This document shows, in pieces, positions 1 to 10,853 of a stretch of 64,000 nucleotides of DNA. Each line of letters starts with the position of its first letter. Position 1 is the stretch's first letter. The stretch is from an uncultured delta proteobacterium (GTDB taxonomy: Bacteria > Myxococcota_A > Polyangia > Fen-1088). A model generated the notes under the pieces. The model was not told where the DNA came from, did no database searches, and saw nothing but the letters and a program-made list of their open reading frames with translations. The stretch is from the NCBI GenBank assembly GCA_963767925.1, contig CAVYGB010000006.1, positions 380,719-444,718 on the forward strand, given 5' to 3'. A program made the translations under genes and the position numbers.

Positions 1-127
1 GCGCAGCCAGGGAACCCGGCTACTTTCTCACTCACTTTCCCGGCCGGGCCTGCACGTCACGAGGAAACCAGGCTATTTTTCTGCGACAGTCTCCCCTGTA
101 CCGTTGTCCAAGCCAGGAGCCGACCCC

Positions 128-2116
128 ATGACCCAGACACCCGAACGACGAGAGTTCCAGGCCGAGGTGAAGCAGCTCCTCGACCTGATGGTCCATTCGC
201 TCTACTCGGACAAGGACATCTTCCTGCGCGAGCTGATCTCGAACGCCTCGGACGCCCTCGACAAGCTGCGCTTCGAGCAGCTCACCCGCACCGAGCTGGC
301 CGGCGGTGGCGAGCTGCACATCCGCCTCGAGGCCGACCGGGAGCGACGGACGCTCTCCATCCTCGACAACGGCATCGGGATGACCCGGGACGAGGTGGTC
401 CGGAACATCGGCACCATCGCCAAGTCGGGCACCAAGGAGTTCCTGGCGGCGGTGAAGGAGGCGGAGAAGAAAGAGGTGCCGCCCGAGCTGATCGGTCAGT
501 TCGGGGTCGGCTTCTATTCCGCCTTCATGGTGGCGGAGAAGGTCGTCCTGGTCACCCGGCGGGCGGGCGAGAGCCTGGCCACCCTCTGGGAGTCGACCGG
601 CGACGGCTCCTACAGCATCGGCACCGGCGAGCGCGAGCAGGCCGGCACCACCGTCACCCTCCACCTCAAGCCCGCTGACAGCGAGCAGGGCCTGCGCGAC
701 TACACCGACGAACACGCCGTCCGCGACATCATCAAGCGCTACTCGGACTTCGTGGCCTACCCGATCCGCATGAAGGTCTGGCGCAGCGAGGCCCCCGGAG
801 GAGGCAAGGGAGCAGACGAGGGGGAAGGCGCGGGCGAAGGTCAAGCCCCCGGCGCCGCCCCCCCGACCGCGGGGGCCAAGGTCCTGCAGGACGAGACCCT
901 GAACTCGATGAAGGCCATCTGGGACCGCCCCAAGGGGGAGGTGTCGGAGGCCGAATACCGGGAGTTCTACCGCCACATCTCCCACGACTGGACCGACCCC
1001 CTGCGCACCATCCCGGTGAAGATGGAGGGCACGCTCGAGGCCTACGCCCTGCTCTACCTCCCGGCCCGGGCGCCCTTCGACCTGTACAGCGCCGAGATGA
1101 AGCGGGGCGTGCAGCTCTACGTCAAGCGCGTCTTCGTGATGGACGAGTGCAAGGATCTGCTGCCGCCGCACCTGCGCTTCGTCAAGGGGGTGGTCGACGC
1201 CCACGACCTGTCGCTCAACGTCTCCCGGGAGATGCTGCAAAAAGATCGCCAGATCCAGGTCATCCGCAAGCAGCTCGTCAAGAAGGTCTACGCCACCCTC
1301 GAGGAGATGAAGCGCGACGCCGCCAAGGACTACCTGCAGTTCTGGGCCGAGCTGGGGCCGGTGCTCAAGGAGGGGCTGCTGGCCTACGACGTGGGGGACA
1401 AGGACAAGCTGCTCGACCTGCTGCTGGCCCGCTCGACCGCCCACGCCAGCGAGCCGACCTCGCTCGAGCACTACGTCGGCCGCATGAAGGAGGGCCAGGA
1501 CGCCATCTACTTTCTCACCGGCTCCTCGCCCGAGGCGGTGGCCCGCTCCCCCCTGCTGGAGGCCTTCGTCGACAAGGGCCAGGAGGTGCTGCTCTTCTCC
1601 GACGCCATCGACGAGCTGTGGCTCGAGCGGGCGCCGCGCTTCCGGGACAAACCCCTGCGCTCGATCGCCCGGGGCGAGGTCAAGCTCGGCTCCGAGGAGG
1701 AGCGCAAGCAGGCCGCCGAGGCGCTCGAGGAGAAGCAGAAGCAATACGTCGACCTGTTCGGGGCCTTCCGCGCGCACCTGCAGGACGACGTCAAGGAGGT
1801 GCGCCTGTCGAGCCGCCTGACCTCCTCGCCGGTCTGCCTGGTGGGCGACGAGCACGACCCCACCCCCCGCATGCTGAAGATCATGGAGCAGCTCGGACAG
1901 AAGCCGGAGAAGGTCCGGCGCATCCTCGAGCTGAACCCCAGCCACCCCCTCATCCCCAAGCTGCAGGCCATCTTCCAGGAGAACAGGGCCGACCCCCGGC
2001 TCGAGCTGTACGCCCACCTGCTGCTGGGACAGGCCCACCTCGCCGACTCGGGCCAGGTCCCCGACCCCGCCGCCTTCAGCAAGGTCCTCGCCGACGTCAT
2101 GAACCGCGGCCTCTGA
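128..2116 (+). CDS. htpG: Molecular chaperone HtpG (Hsp90)
   Basis: FQAEVKQLL, FLRELISNASDA, DNGIGM, IGQFGVGFYSAF and LNVSREMLQ motifs; ATG at 128. Confidence 0.97.
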   Translation: MTQTPERREFQAEVKQLLDLMVHSLYSDKDIFLRELISNASDALDKLRFEQLTRTELAGGGELHIRLEADRERRTLSILDNGIGMTRDEVVRNIGTIAKSGTKEFLAAVKEAEKKEVPPELIGQFGVGFYSAFMVAEKVVLVTRRAGESLATLWESTGDGSYSIGTGEREQAGTTVTLHLKPADSEQGLRDYTDEHAVRDIIKRYSDFVAYPIRMKVWRSEAPGGGKGADEGEGAGEGQAPGAAPPTAGAKVLQDETLNSMKAIWDRPKGEVSEAEYREFYRHISHDWTDPLRTIPVKMEGTLEAYALLYLPARAPFDLYSAEMKRGVQLYVKRVFVMDECKDLLPPHLRFVKGVVDAHDLSLNVSREMLQKDRQIQVIRKQLVKKVYATLEEMKRDAAKDYLQFWAELGPVLKEGLLAYDVGDKDKLLDLLLARSTAHASEPTSLEHYVGRMKEGQDAIYFLTGSSPEAVARSPLLEAFVDKGQEVLLFSDAIDELWLERAPRFRDKPLRSIARGEVKLGSEEERKQAAEALEEKQKQYVDLFGAFRAHLQDDVKEVRLSSRLTSSPVCLVGDEHDPTPRMLKIMEQLGQKPEKVRRILELNPSHPLIPKLQAIFQENRADPRLELYAHLLLGQAHLADSGQVPDPAAFSKVLADVMNRGL

Positions 2117-2144
2117 GGCGGCGGTGGTTGCTTCACCACCGGAG

Positions 2145-2273
2145 GGAGAGGCGGGCGCCGGGCTGGCGACCGCCCCTCACCCGGCGGGCAGACGCGCCAA
2201 CACCTCTCCCCACGGCAGACCGCGGGGAGGTGTTGGCCTGGAGGCGCGCCCCGAGGGGTGAGGTGACCTCTCC
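2145..2273. repeat. Nested inverted repeats (structured intergenic element or terminator) between convergent genes
   Basis: GGAGAGG(2145-2151)/CCTCTCC(2267-2273), CCTCACCC(2175-2182)/GGGTGAGG(2256-2263), GCCAACACCTC(2196-2206)/GAGGTGTTGGC(2227-2237). Confidence 0.65.
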
Positions 2274-2293
2274 GGGTCGATCCAGGCGGCCGG

Positions 2294-3082
2294 TCAGCGC
2301 TCGAAGAACGAGGCTTGCTGGAAGCGCAGGCCGGCGAGGATCTGCTCGACCCTCGTGGCGGAGAGGGAGCCGATCCGTTCGCCCAGGCGGGTCTTCTCGA
2401 CCGAGTCGATCTGCGACACCACCACCACGCTCTGGCGGGGCAGGTTCCCCTCGCCCACCTCGAGCAGGACGTTGCCCGGCTCGGTCGCTCGCTGCAGGTT
2501 CGTCGTCAGGGCGCACACCACCACCGTCGGGATGCGGGCGTGGTTGAAGACGTCGTCCTGGACCACCACGTGGGGGTGGGCGGGGCCGGCGGGCGACCCT
2601 CCCGTCTCCACCGGAGGGATCCAGTACAGGTCCCCGCGGTCGATCCGCGCGGCAGCAAGCGCAACCAGCGCGACCGGGCCCGCCGGCAGGGGCCGGAGGG
2701 GCGCGGGCGGATCGCCCCCGGTCAGCAACGAGGCGAGCAGGTCGGCCTGCAGCCGCAGCCGGGCGGCCTCCTCGGCCTTGCCGAGCGCCGTGTAGGTCGC
2801 CGCCGCCGCCAGCCGCGCCTCCAGCTCACCCTCGACGATGGTGGTGACCGCCGCCGGGCTCAGCACCCGGCGGGGGACCTCCCCTGCCCCCAGGCCCACC
2901 ACGCCACCGGCGATGCGCCCCGACTGCCCCGCTGGCGGCGCCGCGCTGACCTCGACCGCCTCGGCGTTGTCGATCGCGGCCAGCGTCTCGCGCATCACCG
3001 CCACCACGGCCGCGTCCTGGCCCAGGAGCGCCTGGCGCAGCGCCGCCCGCAAGACGCCCTTCCACGCCTCGACGCCTCTCAC
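2294..3082 (-). CDS. Fusion of a GatB/YqeY-like helical domain and a PemK/MazF-family endoribonuclease toxin
   Basis: N-terminal LRAALRQAL...RETLAAIDNAEAV...GAGEVPRRVL...AARLRLQADLL (YqeY-like). C-terminal IDRGDLYW...HPHVVVQDDVFN...VVVCALTT...QSVVVVSQIDSVEKTRLGERIG (PemK/MazF). GTG start at 3082 is inferred. Confidence 0.8.
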   Translation of the reverse strand: MRGVEAWKGVLRAALRQALLGQDAAVVAVMRETLAAIDNAEAVEVSAAPPAGQSGRIAGGVVGLGAGEVPRRVLSPAAVTTIVEGELEARLAAAATYTALGKAEEAARLRLQADLLASLLTGGDPPAPLRPLPAGPVALVALAAARIDRGDLYWIPPVETGGSPAGPAHPHVVVQDDVFNHARIPTVVVCALTTNLQRATEPGNVLLEVGEGNLPRQSVVVVSQIDSVEKTRLGERIGSLSATRVEQILAGLRFQQASFFER

Positions 3083-3129
3083 ACTGTCACCGCCGCGGCC
3101 TGGCCTGCTCGGGAAACCGCGGTTGCGCC

Positions 3130-5413
<2,284 letters not shown>

Positions 5414-5415
5414 CG

Positions 5416-5650
5416 ATGAAGCGCAGCCACCCGTTCACGCTTCGGCGGCTGCGGCACGTGGTCGCTGTCGCGGAGGGGGGCTGGTGGGGAGACCTCGAGC
5501 GCGAGGCGTCCGAGCTTGGCGGCCAGGACGTGCTCGCCTCGACGAGCGGCCTGCTTCCGCGAGCAAGCCCTCGAGGTCTGCTCGACGGCGAGAGCGCGCG
5601 AGGGAGCATTCCGGGCGACCAGCTCGACGGCGCTCGTACCGATGGCTTCG
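5416..5650 (+). pseudogene. oxyR: Collapsed oxyR-like LysR regulator remnant
   Basis: MKRSHPFTLRRLRHVVAVAE (start of a LysR HTH), then after a large deletion and frameshift CFREQALEVC...FRATSS (OxyR C-X8-C redox motif and FRATS). Confidence 0.8.
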
Positions 5651-5758
5651 ACGAGGGCCCGGGGAAAGTCCAGCACCTCGGGCGCTATGCGGCGAAATCT
5701 CACCTCGCATGGGGCCTGATAACTCCGATCCAGGTCGCGGGATCGTAGAGTCAACGGG

Positions 5759-7198
5759 ATGGATGCCATGGATCGGATGAGACCACTCCTGCTCGCCGCG
5801 CAGGTGGGCGCTCTGCTGACCTCGACGGCGATGGCCCAGGAGCCGGGAGGGAAGGAGAGGGAAGAGCGGGAGGCCGCGTCCGACCGCGAGCTGTCTGCGC
5901 CCGCGCGGGTGGACGTGACCCCGGTCGCCCGGGACGAGGAGATCCGCCAGCGCCTGCAAAGCGTGCTCGAAGCGACGGACTGGTTCGTCGGCCCCCGGGT
6001 ACGGGTCGAGCAAGGCGTGGTCTTCCTCGGTGGGCGGGTGGAGACCACAGAGCTCAAGAGGTGGGCCGGCGACCTGGCCGGCAACACCCAGGACGTCGTC
6101 GCCGTGGCCAACCAGATGCAGGTCATCGAGCCACCGACTTGGGACTTCCAGCCGGCGTGGAACGGGTTGCGCGGGCTGTGGCGCGACCTCATCCGCTCGC
6201 TCCCGCTCCTGGTCCTGGCGCTGCTCATCCTGCTGCTGTCGGGCGGGATCGGCTTGCTGGCCACCCGGGCGGCCCGGTCGCTTCTCCGGCGGCGGCTGCG
6301 GGCCAATCTGCTGCGCAACGTGATCGCTCGCGCCGCCGGCCTGCTGGTCGTGCTGGCCGGCGTCTACCTGGTTCTGAGAGTCTCCGGCCTGACTCAGCTG
6401 GCCTTGACGGTGGTGGGCGGTACCGGCCTGATCGGCCTGATCCTGGGCATCGCCTTCCGGGAGATCACCGAGAACTTCCTGTCGAGCATCTTTCTCAGCA
6501 TGCAGCGGCCGTTCGAGACCGGCGACCTGGTCGAGGTGTCCGGGGTGACCGGGTACGTACAGCAGCTCAACATGCGCACGACTGTCGTCATGACCCTGGA
6601 AGGTAACCTCGTGCAGATCCCCAACGCCACGGTGTACAAGAGCACCCTTCGCAACTTCACCACCAACTCGAACCGGCGCGAGGACTTCGTGGTGGGCATC
6701 GGCTACGAAAACTCCATCAACGAAGCGCAGGAGGTTGCCCGCCGGGTCCTGACCGACCACCCCGCAATCCTGAAAGAGCCCGCGGCCTCGGTGCTGGCCG
6801 ACAGCTTGGGGCCGGCCACCATCAACCTGCGCGTGTACTTCTGGCTCAACGGCCGGGAGCACAGCTGGCTGAAGGTCCGCTCCTCGGTGATCCGCCTCGT
6901 CAAGCGGGCGTTCCAGAGACACGGCATCTCGATGCCGGACGACGCCCGCGAGGTCGTCTTCCCCGACGGGGTCCCGGTCAGAATGATCGAAGGCGGCGTG
7001 AGAGCCGGGCCAGGGGAGCCCGAGCGACGGATCCCGGCCGATCTGTCGCGCGAGGATGTCGCCGCCGCCTCCACCCCGGCCGAAGAAGGTCTCTACAGCG
7101 AGGCAGGGACCATCGAGGAGCAGGCCCGCCAGGTGCAGCCGCTCAGGAACCAGGAAAACCTGCTCGACACCGCTGGCTCGACCGATCGCCCTTCTTGA
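5759..7198 (+). CDS. Small-conductance mechanosensitive channel with N-terminal BON domain
   Basis: Signal-like N-terminus; VRVEQGVVFLGG...VVAVANQM (BON); TM helices; GIAFREITENF...RPFETGDLV...IPNATV (MscS). Start among 5759/5768/5777 is uncertain. Confidence 0.9.
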   Translation: MDAMDRMRPLLLAAQVGALLTSTAMAQEPGGKEREEREAASDRELSAPARVDVTPVARDEEIRQRLQSVLEATDWFVGPRVRVEQGVVFLGGRVETTELKRWAGDLAGNTQDVVAVANQMQVIEPPTWDFQPAWNGLRGLWRDLIRSLPLLVLALLILLLSGGIGLLATRAARSLLRRRLRANLLRNVIARAAGLLVVLAGVYLVLRVSGLTQLALTVVGGTGLIGLILGIAFREITENFLSSIFLSMQRPFETGDLVEVSGVTGYVQQLNMRTTVVMTLEGNLVQIPNATVYKSTLRNFTTNSNRREDFVVGIGYENSINEAQEVARRVLTDHPAILKEPAASVLADSLGPATINLRVYFWLNGREHSWLKVRSSVIRLVKRAFQRHGISMPDDAREVVFPDGVPVRMIEGGVRAGPGEPERRIPADLSREDVAAASTPAEEGLYSEAGTIEEQARQVQPLRNQENLLDTAGSTDRPS

Positions 7199-7318
7199 AG
7201 AACGACCTCATGGCTTCCCGGGAGGAACGAGAACGCAAATTAAAGCGCCGGCGGGGGGCGCGCGGACACCTCGTAAGACCAGGACTTTGGCCGCTCACCG
7301 CCAAGTTCTTCCAGTGTC

Positions 7319-7386
7319 CGAATTTCGTCATCGGCGAAGAGGACGAAGGAGAGGAGAAGAAGAGGACGAAGAAGAGGACGAATTTC
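7319..7386. repeat. Purine-rich repeat (GAAGAGGACGAA x3) flanked by an 8-bp direct repeat CGAATTTC
   Basis: Copies at 7336, 7359 and 7371; CGAATTTC at 7319-7326 and 7379-7386. Confidence 0.7.
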
Positions 7387-7408
7387 CCTGGTACACCTTC
7401 GCGTGTAC

Positions 7409-9721
7409 TCATGCCTCGCTCCCACCCGTGACGGCCACCGGATGCTCACGCTCACCCTTGCGAGCAGCGCCCCGAGCGTCGGCGCGATCCTGGAGCATCC
7501 TGCGGAGCACGTCCGGGTCGGCCGGCTTGGTGAGGTGAAGGTCGAAGCCGGCCTCTTGCGTGCGCTTCTTGTCCTGAGCCTGGCCCCAGCCGGTCATCGC
7601 GACCAGCAGCACGTCCGAGCCGCGTTCGAGCCCGCGGATCTCCTTCGCGACCTGGTAACCGTCTAGCTTCGGCAGGCCGAGGTCCAGGAGCACCGCGTCC
7701 GGAAGCTCCCCGTGGACGAGCCGCACGGCCTCTTCGCCGTCGGACGCGGTCCGGACCTCATGGCCCAGCGCCTCCACCAACTCGGCGAGCATTTCCAATG
7801 CGTCGGCGTAGTCATCCACCACGAGCACCCGGAGGCCTGCGGAGGGCACGGCGGTTTCGCGTTCCCGCTGAGGTCGGGCGCTCGCTGGGAGCGCCTCGTC
7901 GGAGAGCGGCAGCTGAAGCGTGAAGACGCTCCCCTTTCCGAGGCCGTCGCTCGCGGCGGTGAGGGTTCCGCCGTGCAGCTCTGCCAGAGAGCGCGCCAAG
8001 GACAAACCAATGCCCAGCCCTCCAGGCGCGCGCGAGGTGGCCGACTCCACCTGCACGAACATCTCGAAGATGTGCTCCAGCTGAGCTGGCTCTATTCCGA
8101 TTCCTTGGTCGAGGATGTGAATCTTCGCGAAGCCGTCTTTCTCCTCGAGCTCCGCCCGGATTTCGCCGCCGTCCCGGTTGTACTTGCAGGCGTTGTGGAG
8201 AAGGTTCCCGATGATCTGCGCAACCCGCACGAGATCCCCCTGGACCACGAGAGGGCGGGCAGGTCGATGCAGGTTGAGCTTGATCCGCCTGGCGTCGCAC
8301 ATTGGCCGCACGCTCTCGCTGGCTTGCTCCAGGACCCCGAACAGGTTCAGCCGCTCCCGTCGCAGCTCCAGCTTGCCGCGGGTAATGCGGCTCACGTCCA
8401 AGAGGTCGTCGATCAACCGCGTGAGGTGCGCTGCCTGCCGATCGATGACAGCGGCGGCAGACTCCACCTTCGCCCGTTCACCCTGGCTCATCTTGATGAG
8501 CGCGACCGCGGTCCGGATGGGCGCGAGCGGGTTGCGCAGCTCATGGGACAGCGTGGCGAGAAACTCGTCCTTCCGCCGCTCGCCCTCGCGCAACAGTTCC
8601 GTGAGCTCTTGGCTCCTGGCGAGCTCGCGGTTCGCTTGCTGGAACAGTCGGCCGTTCTCCAGCGCCACAGCCGCCTGCGCGGCGATCCCTACCGCAATGC
8701 GCTCTGCCCGCTCGTTGAAGACGCCCGGCTCCGGGTGGCCAAGGAACAGCCCGCCAAAGACCTCGCCCGTCCGCGACTTGACCGGCACTGCGAGGTAGCT
8801 CACCACGGGCAGCTGCCCGGGAGGCAGGCCGTGATGTGGCGGCACCTGGCCGAAGCGCGGATCCTTCCTGACGTCGTCGAGCCGCAGGGGACCCGCGCCG
8901 CGGAAGGTGCGCTCGAACAGCGGCGTGTTCCTCAGCATGCCGGGTTTCGAGAAGGCCTCCCACGGCGCGCCGGACAGCGTGTACAGGCTGTAGGCCTCCC
9001 CGGAATCGTCCACCACGTTGTGGAAGAACGCGCCGAAGTGCGCCTGGGTCAGGCGGGTGGCAGCGTCGGTCGTGCGCTGCAGGACCTCCTGGAGATTGAG
9101 CTCTCCGGCAAGCGCGGCGGCGACTTCGTAGAGGGCTTGCGCCTCGTCCCTCGCCGCTTCGGTCTGAAGTTGCAGCCCGACGTTGTGACACGCGGTGAGC
9201 GCCTGATTGGCCGCGACGTTGAGCAACGCGCGCTGCAGCGGCGACAATGAGTGTAGATCTTCGCCTGGAAAGCCGGCTGCGAGCACGCCGCCGCCCTGAC
9301 GAGTCCCCAACGGATATACGCAGACCCGCGCCAACCGGCCGTGCGGCAGCGACCAGCTCAGAAACTCGTCCGGATCGTGGGCGCGCGCCCAGTCGCGGGC
9401 GGCCTCGCCCAGGCGCGCAGTCTCGTCGATGCCGGCGGCGCGCCCGCCAATGAACGCGCGCTCCACCGCCCGCGCCCCCGTATCGGGCAGGGCGGGGATG
9501 CCGATGTACGAGACGACAGGCTGGACCGTGGTCTCGAGGACCGCTAGCAGGCTCTCTGCGATGCGATCCGGCTGCGCGCCTATCCACATGGCCGGTAGCG
9601 TGGACAGGGCGATGATGTCGCGGATGAAGGCCTGCGCCTCGGCGAGGGACTGCGGGGCGCTGGCCGGCTCCACGAGCCGTGGCGTGTCCGCAATTTGACC
9701 GTCGCGCGCAGCAGGGGGCAT
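7409..9721 (-). CDS. Hybrid sensor histidine kinase (N-terminal sensor-GAF-HisKA-HATPase-REC)
   Basis: H-box LSHELRNPL, NLLHNACKY, GGLGIGL; C-terminal VLVVDD...LLDLGLP...HLTKP. Confidence 0.92.
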   Translation of the reverse strand: MPPAARDGQIADTPRLVEPASAPQSLAEAQAFIRDIIALSTLPAMWIGAQPDRIAESLLAVLETTVQPVVSYIGIPALPDTGARAVERAFIGGRAAGIDETARLGEAARDWARAHDPDEFLSWSLPHGRLARVCVYPLGTRQGGGVLAAGFPGEDLHSLSPLQRALLNVAANQALTACHNVGLQLQTEAARDEAQALYEVAAALAGELNLQEVLQRTTDAATRLTQAHFGAFFHNVVDDSGEAYSLYTLSGAPWEAFSKPGMLRNTPLFERTFRGAGPLRLDDVRKDPRFGQVPPHHGLPPGQLPVVSYLAVPVKSRTGEVFGGLFLGHPEPGVFNERAERIAVGIAAQAAVALENGRLFQQANRELARSQELTELLREGERRKDEFLATLSHELRNPLAPIRTAVALIKMSQGERAKVESAAAVIDRQAAHLTRLIDDLLDVSRITRGKLELRRERLNLFGVLEQASESVRPMCDARRIKLNLHRPARPLVVQGDLVRVAQIIGNLLHNACKYNRDGGEIRAELEEKDGFAKIHILDQGIGIEPAQLEHIFEMFVQVESATSRAPGGLGIGLSLARSLAELHGGTLTAASDGLGKGSVFTLQLPLSDEALPASARPQRERETAVPSAGLRVLVVDDYADALEMLAELVEALGHEVRTASDGEEAVRLVHGELPDAVLLDLGLPKLDGYQVAKEIRGLERGSDVLLVAMTGWGQAQDKKRTQEAGFDLHLTKPADPDVLRRMLQDRADARGAARKGEREHPVAVTGGSEA

Positions 9722-9732
9722 TCGCGCCCCGC

Positions 9733-10380
9733 TCAGACTGCCGCCCTGGCCGCGGGCCTCGACCGGCGGCTTAGCTCTTCGAGGAACTTCTCCGGGGGCA
9801 CGTACAGCGGGTTCTCTTGGAGAACCCCTCCGACGATGACCATCGGGTGCGTGCGAAGAATGTCCATCACCACGCTCGCGCTGTGGCGATTGAGGTCATA
9901 AACGCAGACAACGGGATCCGAATACTCTTTGAGGACATCGTTCAGCTTGGCCTCGTACATGACGATGTCATTGACGCCCGGAAGGGCTTCGAGCGCCCAC
10001 TCCATGTTGCCCATCGCGCGCACAATGGGGAAGCGCTCGCGCATGATGTCGAGCTCGCCCGCCAGGACCTTCGACATGCGGTCGCCGTCGAAGTAGCCGT
10101 CCTTCAGGTAGGCGTCCTCCCACGAGCAGACGGTGAGTTGCCCGCTCTTCTCGGCATCTTCGACATCGATGCCGGCGGAGCGGCAGTGCTCGACGTGCTC
10201 GGCTCTCCGCTGCTTGTCGACAATGTGGAAGAGGCGTTCACCGCGGTCATATCCCTCCTTGAAGAAGGGCATCATCACTTCGTTCTGCTCCTCGACGGAG
10301 CGGAAGAAGGCGCAGATGTGCCGGTGTTCCTTCAGCGTGCGGCCGCCGAGACGAATGGGTTTCTCACTCTTGATGGTCAT
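9733..10380 (-). CDS. Stand-alone MEDS-domain protein
   Basis: HICAFF, DAYLKDGYFD, RAMGNMEWAL, YEAKLN, CVYDL and DILRTHP motifs. Confidence 0.88.
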   Translation of the reverse strand: MTIKSEKPIRLGGRTLKEHRHICAFFRSVEEQNEVMMPFFKEGYDRGERLFHIVDKQRRAEHVEHCRSAGIDVEDAEKSGQLTVCSWEDAYLKDGYFDGDRMSKVLAGELDIMRERFPIVRAMGNMEWALEALPGVNDIVMYEAKLNDVLKEYSDPVVCVYDLNRHSASVVMDILRTHPMVIVGGVLQENPLYVPPEKFLEELSRRSRPAARAAV

Positions 10381-10478
10381 CTATTCCTCCGGATGTCGTT
10401 GTTTGTGATTCGCCACCGATGCACCCTGAACTTTTCCGCGCGGCAATGACGAGTCTTCGTGGACCTCCGCCCGTGAGG

Positions 10479-10853
10479 TCATGGAGCGCTCCTTCGCGCG
10501 ACGATCCTGAGGAGCGCCTTTAGGTCGACAGGTTTCTTCAGCCAGGCGAGCGCGCCGAGCTGATCTGCCGCGTTTCGCGCGTCGACGTGCGCCGAGAGAA
10601 GAACTATCGGGATGCGGGAGAGCGCGGGCTCCGTCTTCTGGGCCGCTCTGAACTGCCAACCGTCCATCACCGGCATCATGAGGTCGAGGAGGATGAGGCG
10701 CGGCGGCGCGGCCGATGCCCGAAGCTTGTCGAGAGCATCTTGACCATTCGCGGCGACCAGTACCCCATATCCATGGTCGTCGAGCGTCGCGGCAATCGCG
10801 TCGGAGATGTCGGCGTCGTCTTCGACGACCATGATGACTCCTGGTTCGCTCAT
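10479..10853 (-). CDS. Single-domain response regulator
   Basis: MVVEDD, LILLDLMMPVMDG, LLSA, KKP. Confidence 0.93.
   Translation of the reverse strand: MSEPGVIMVVEDDADISDAIAATLDDHGYGVLVAANGQDALDKLRASAAPPRLILLDLMMPVMDGWQFRAAQKTEPALSRIPIVLLSAHVDARNAADQLGALAWLKKPVDLKALLRIVARRSAP

Noticed and set aside
32..2038. Long antisense ORFs (also 3253-5748, 35372-38527, 55389-57332 and others)
   Set aside because: Shadow ORFs opposite well-supported genes, expected in high-GC DNA; no motifs. The exception is the tail of 3253-5748, which contains the start of the oxyR remnant.
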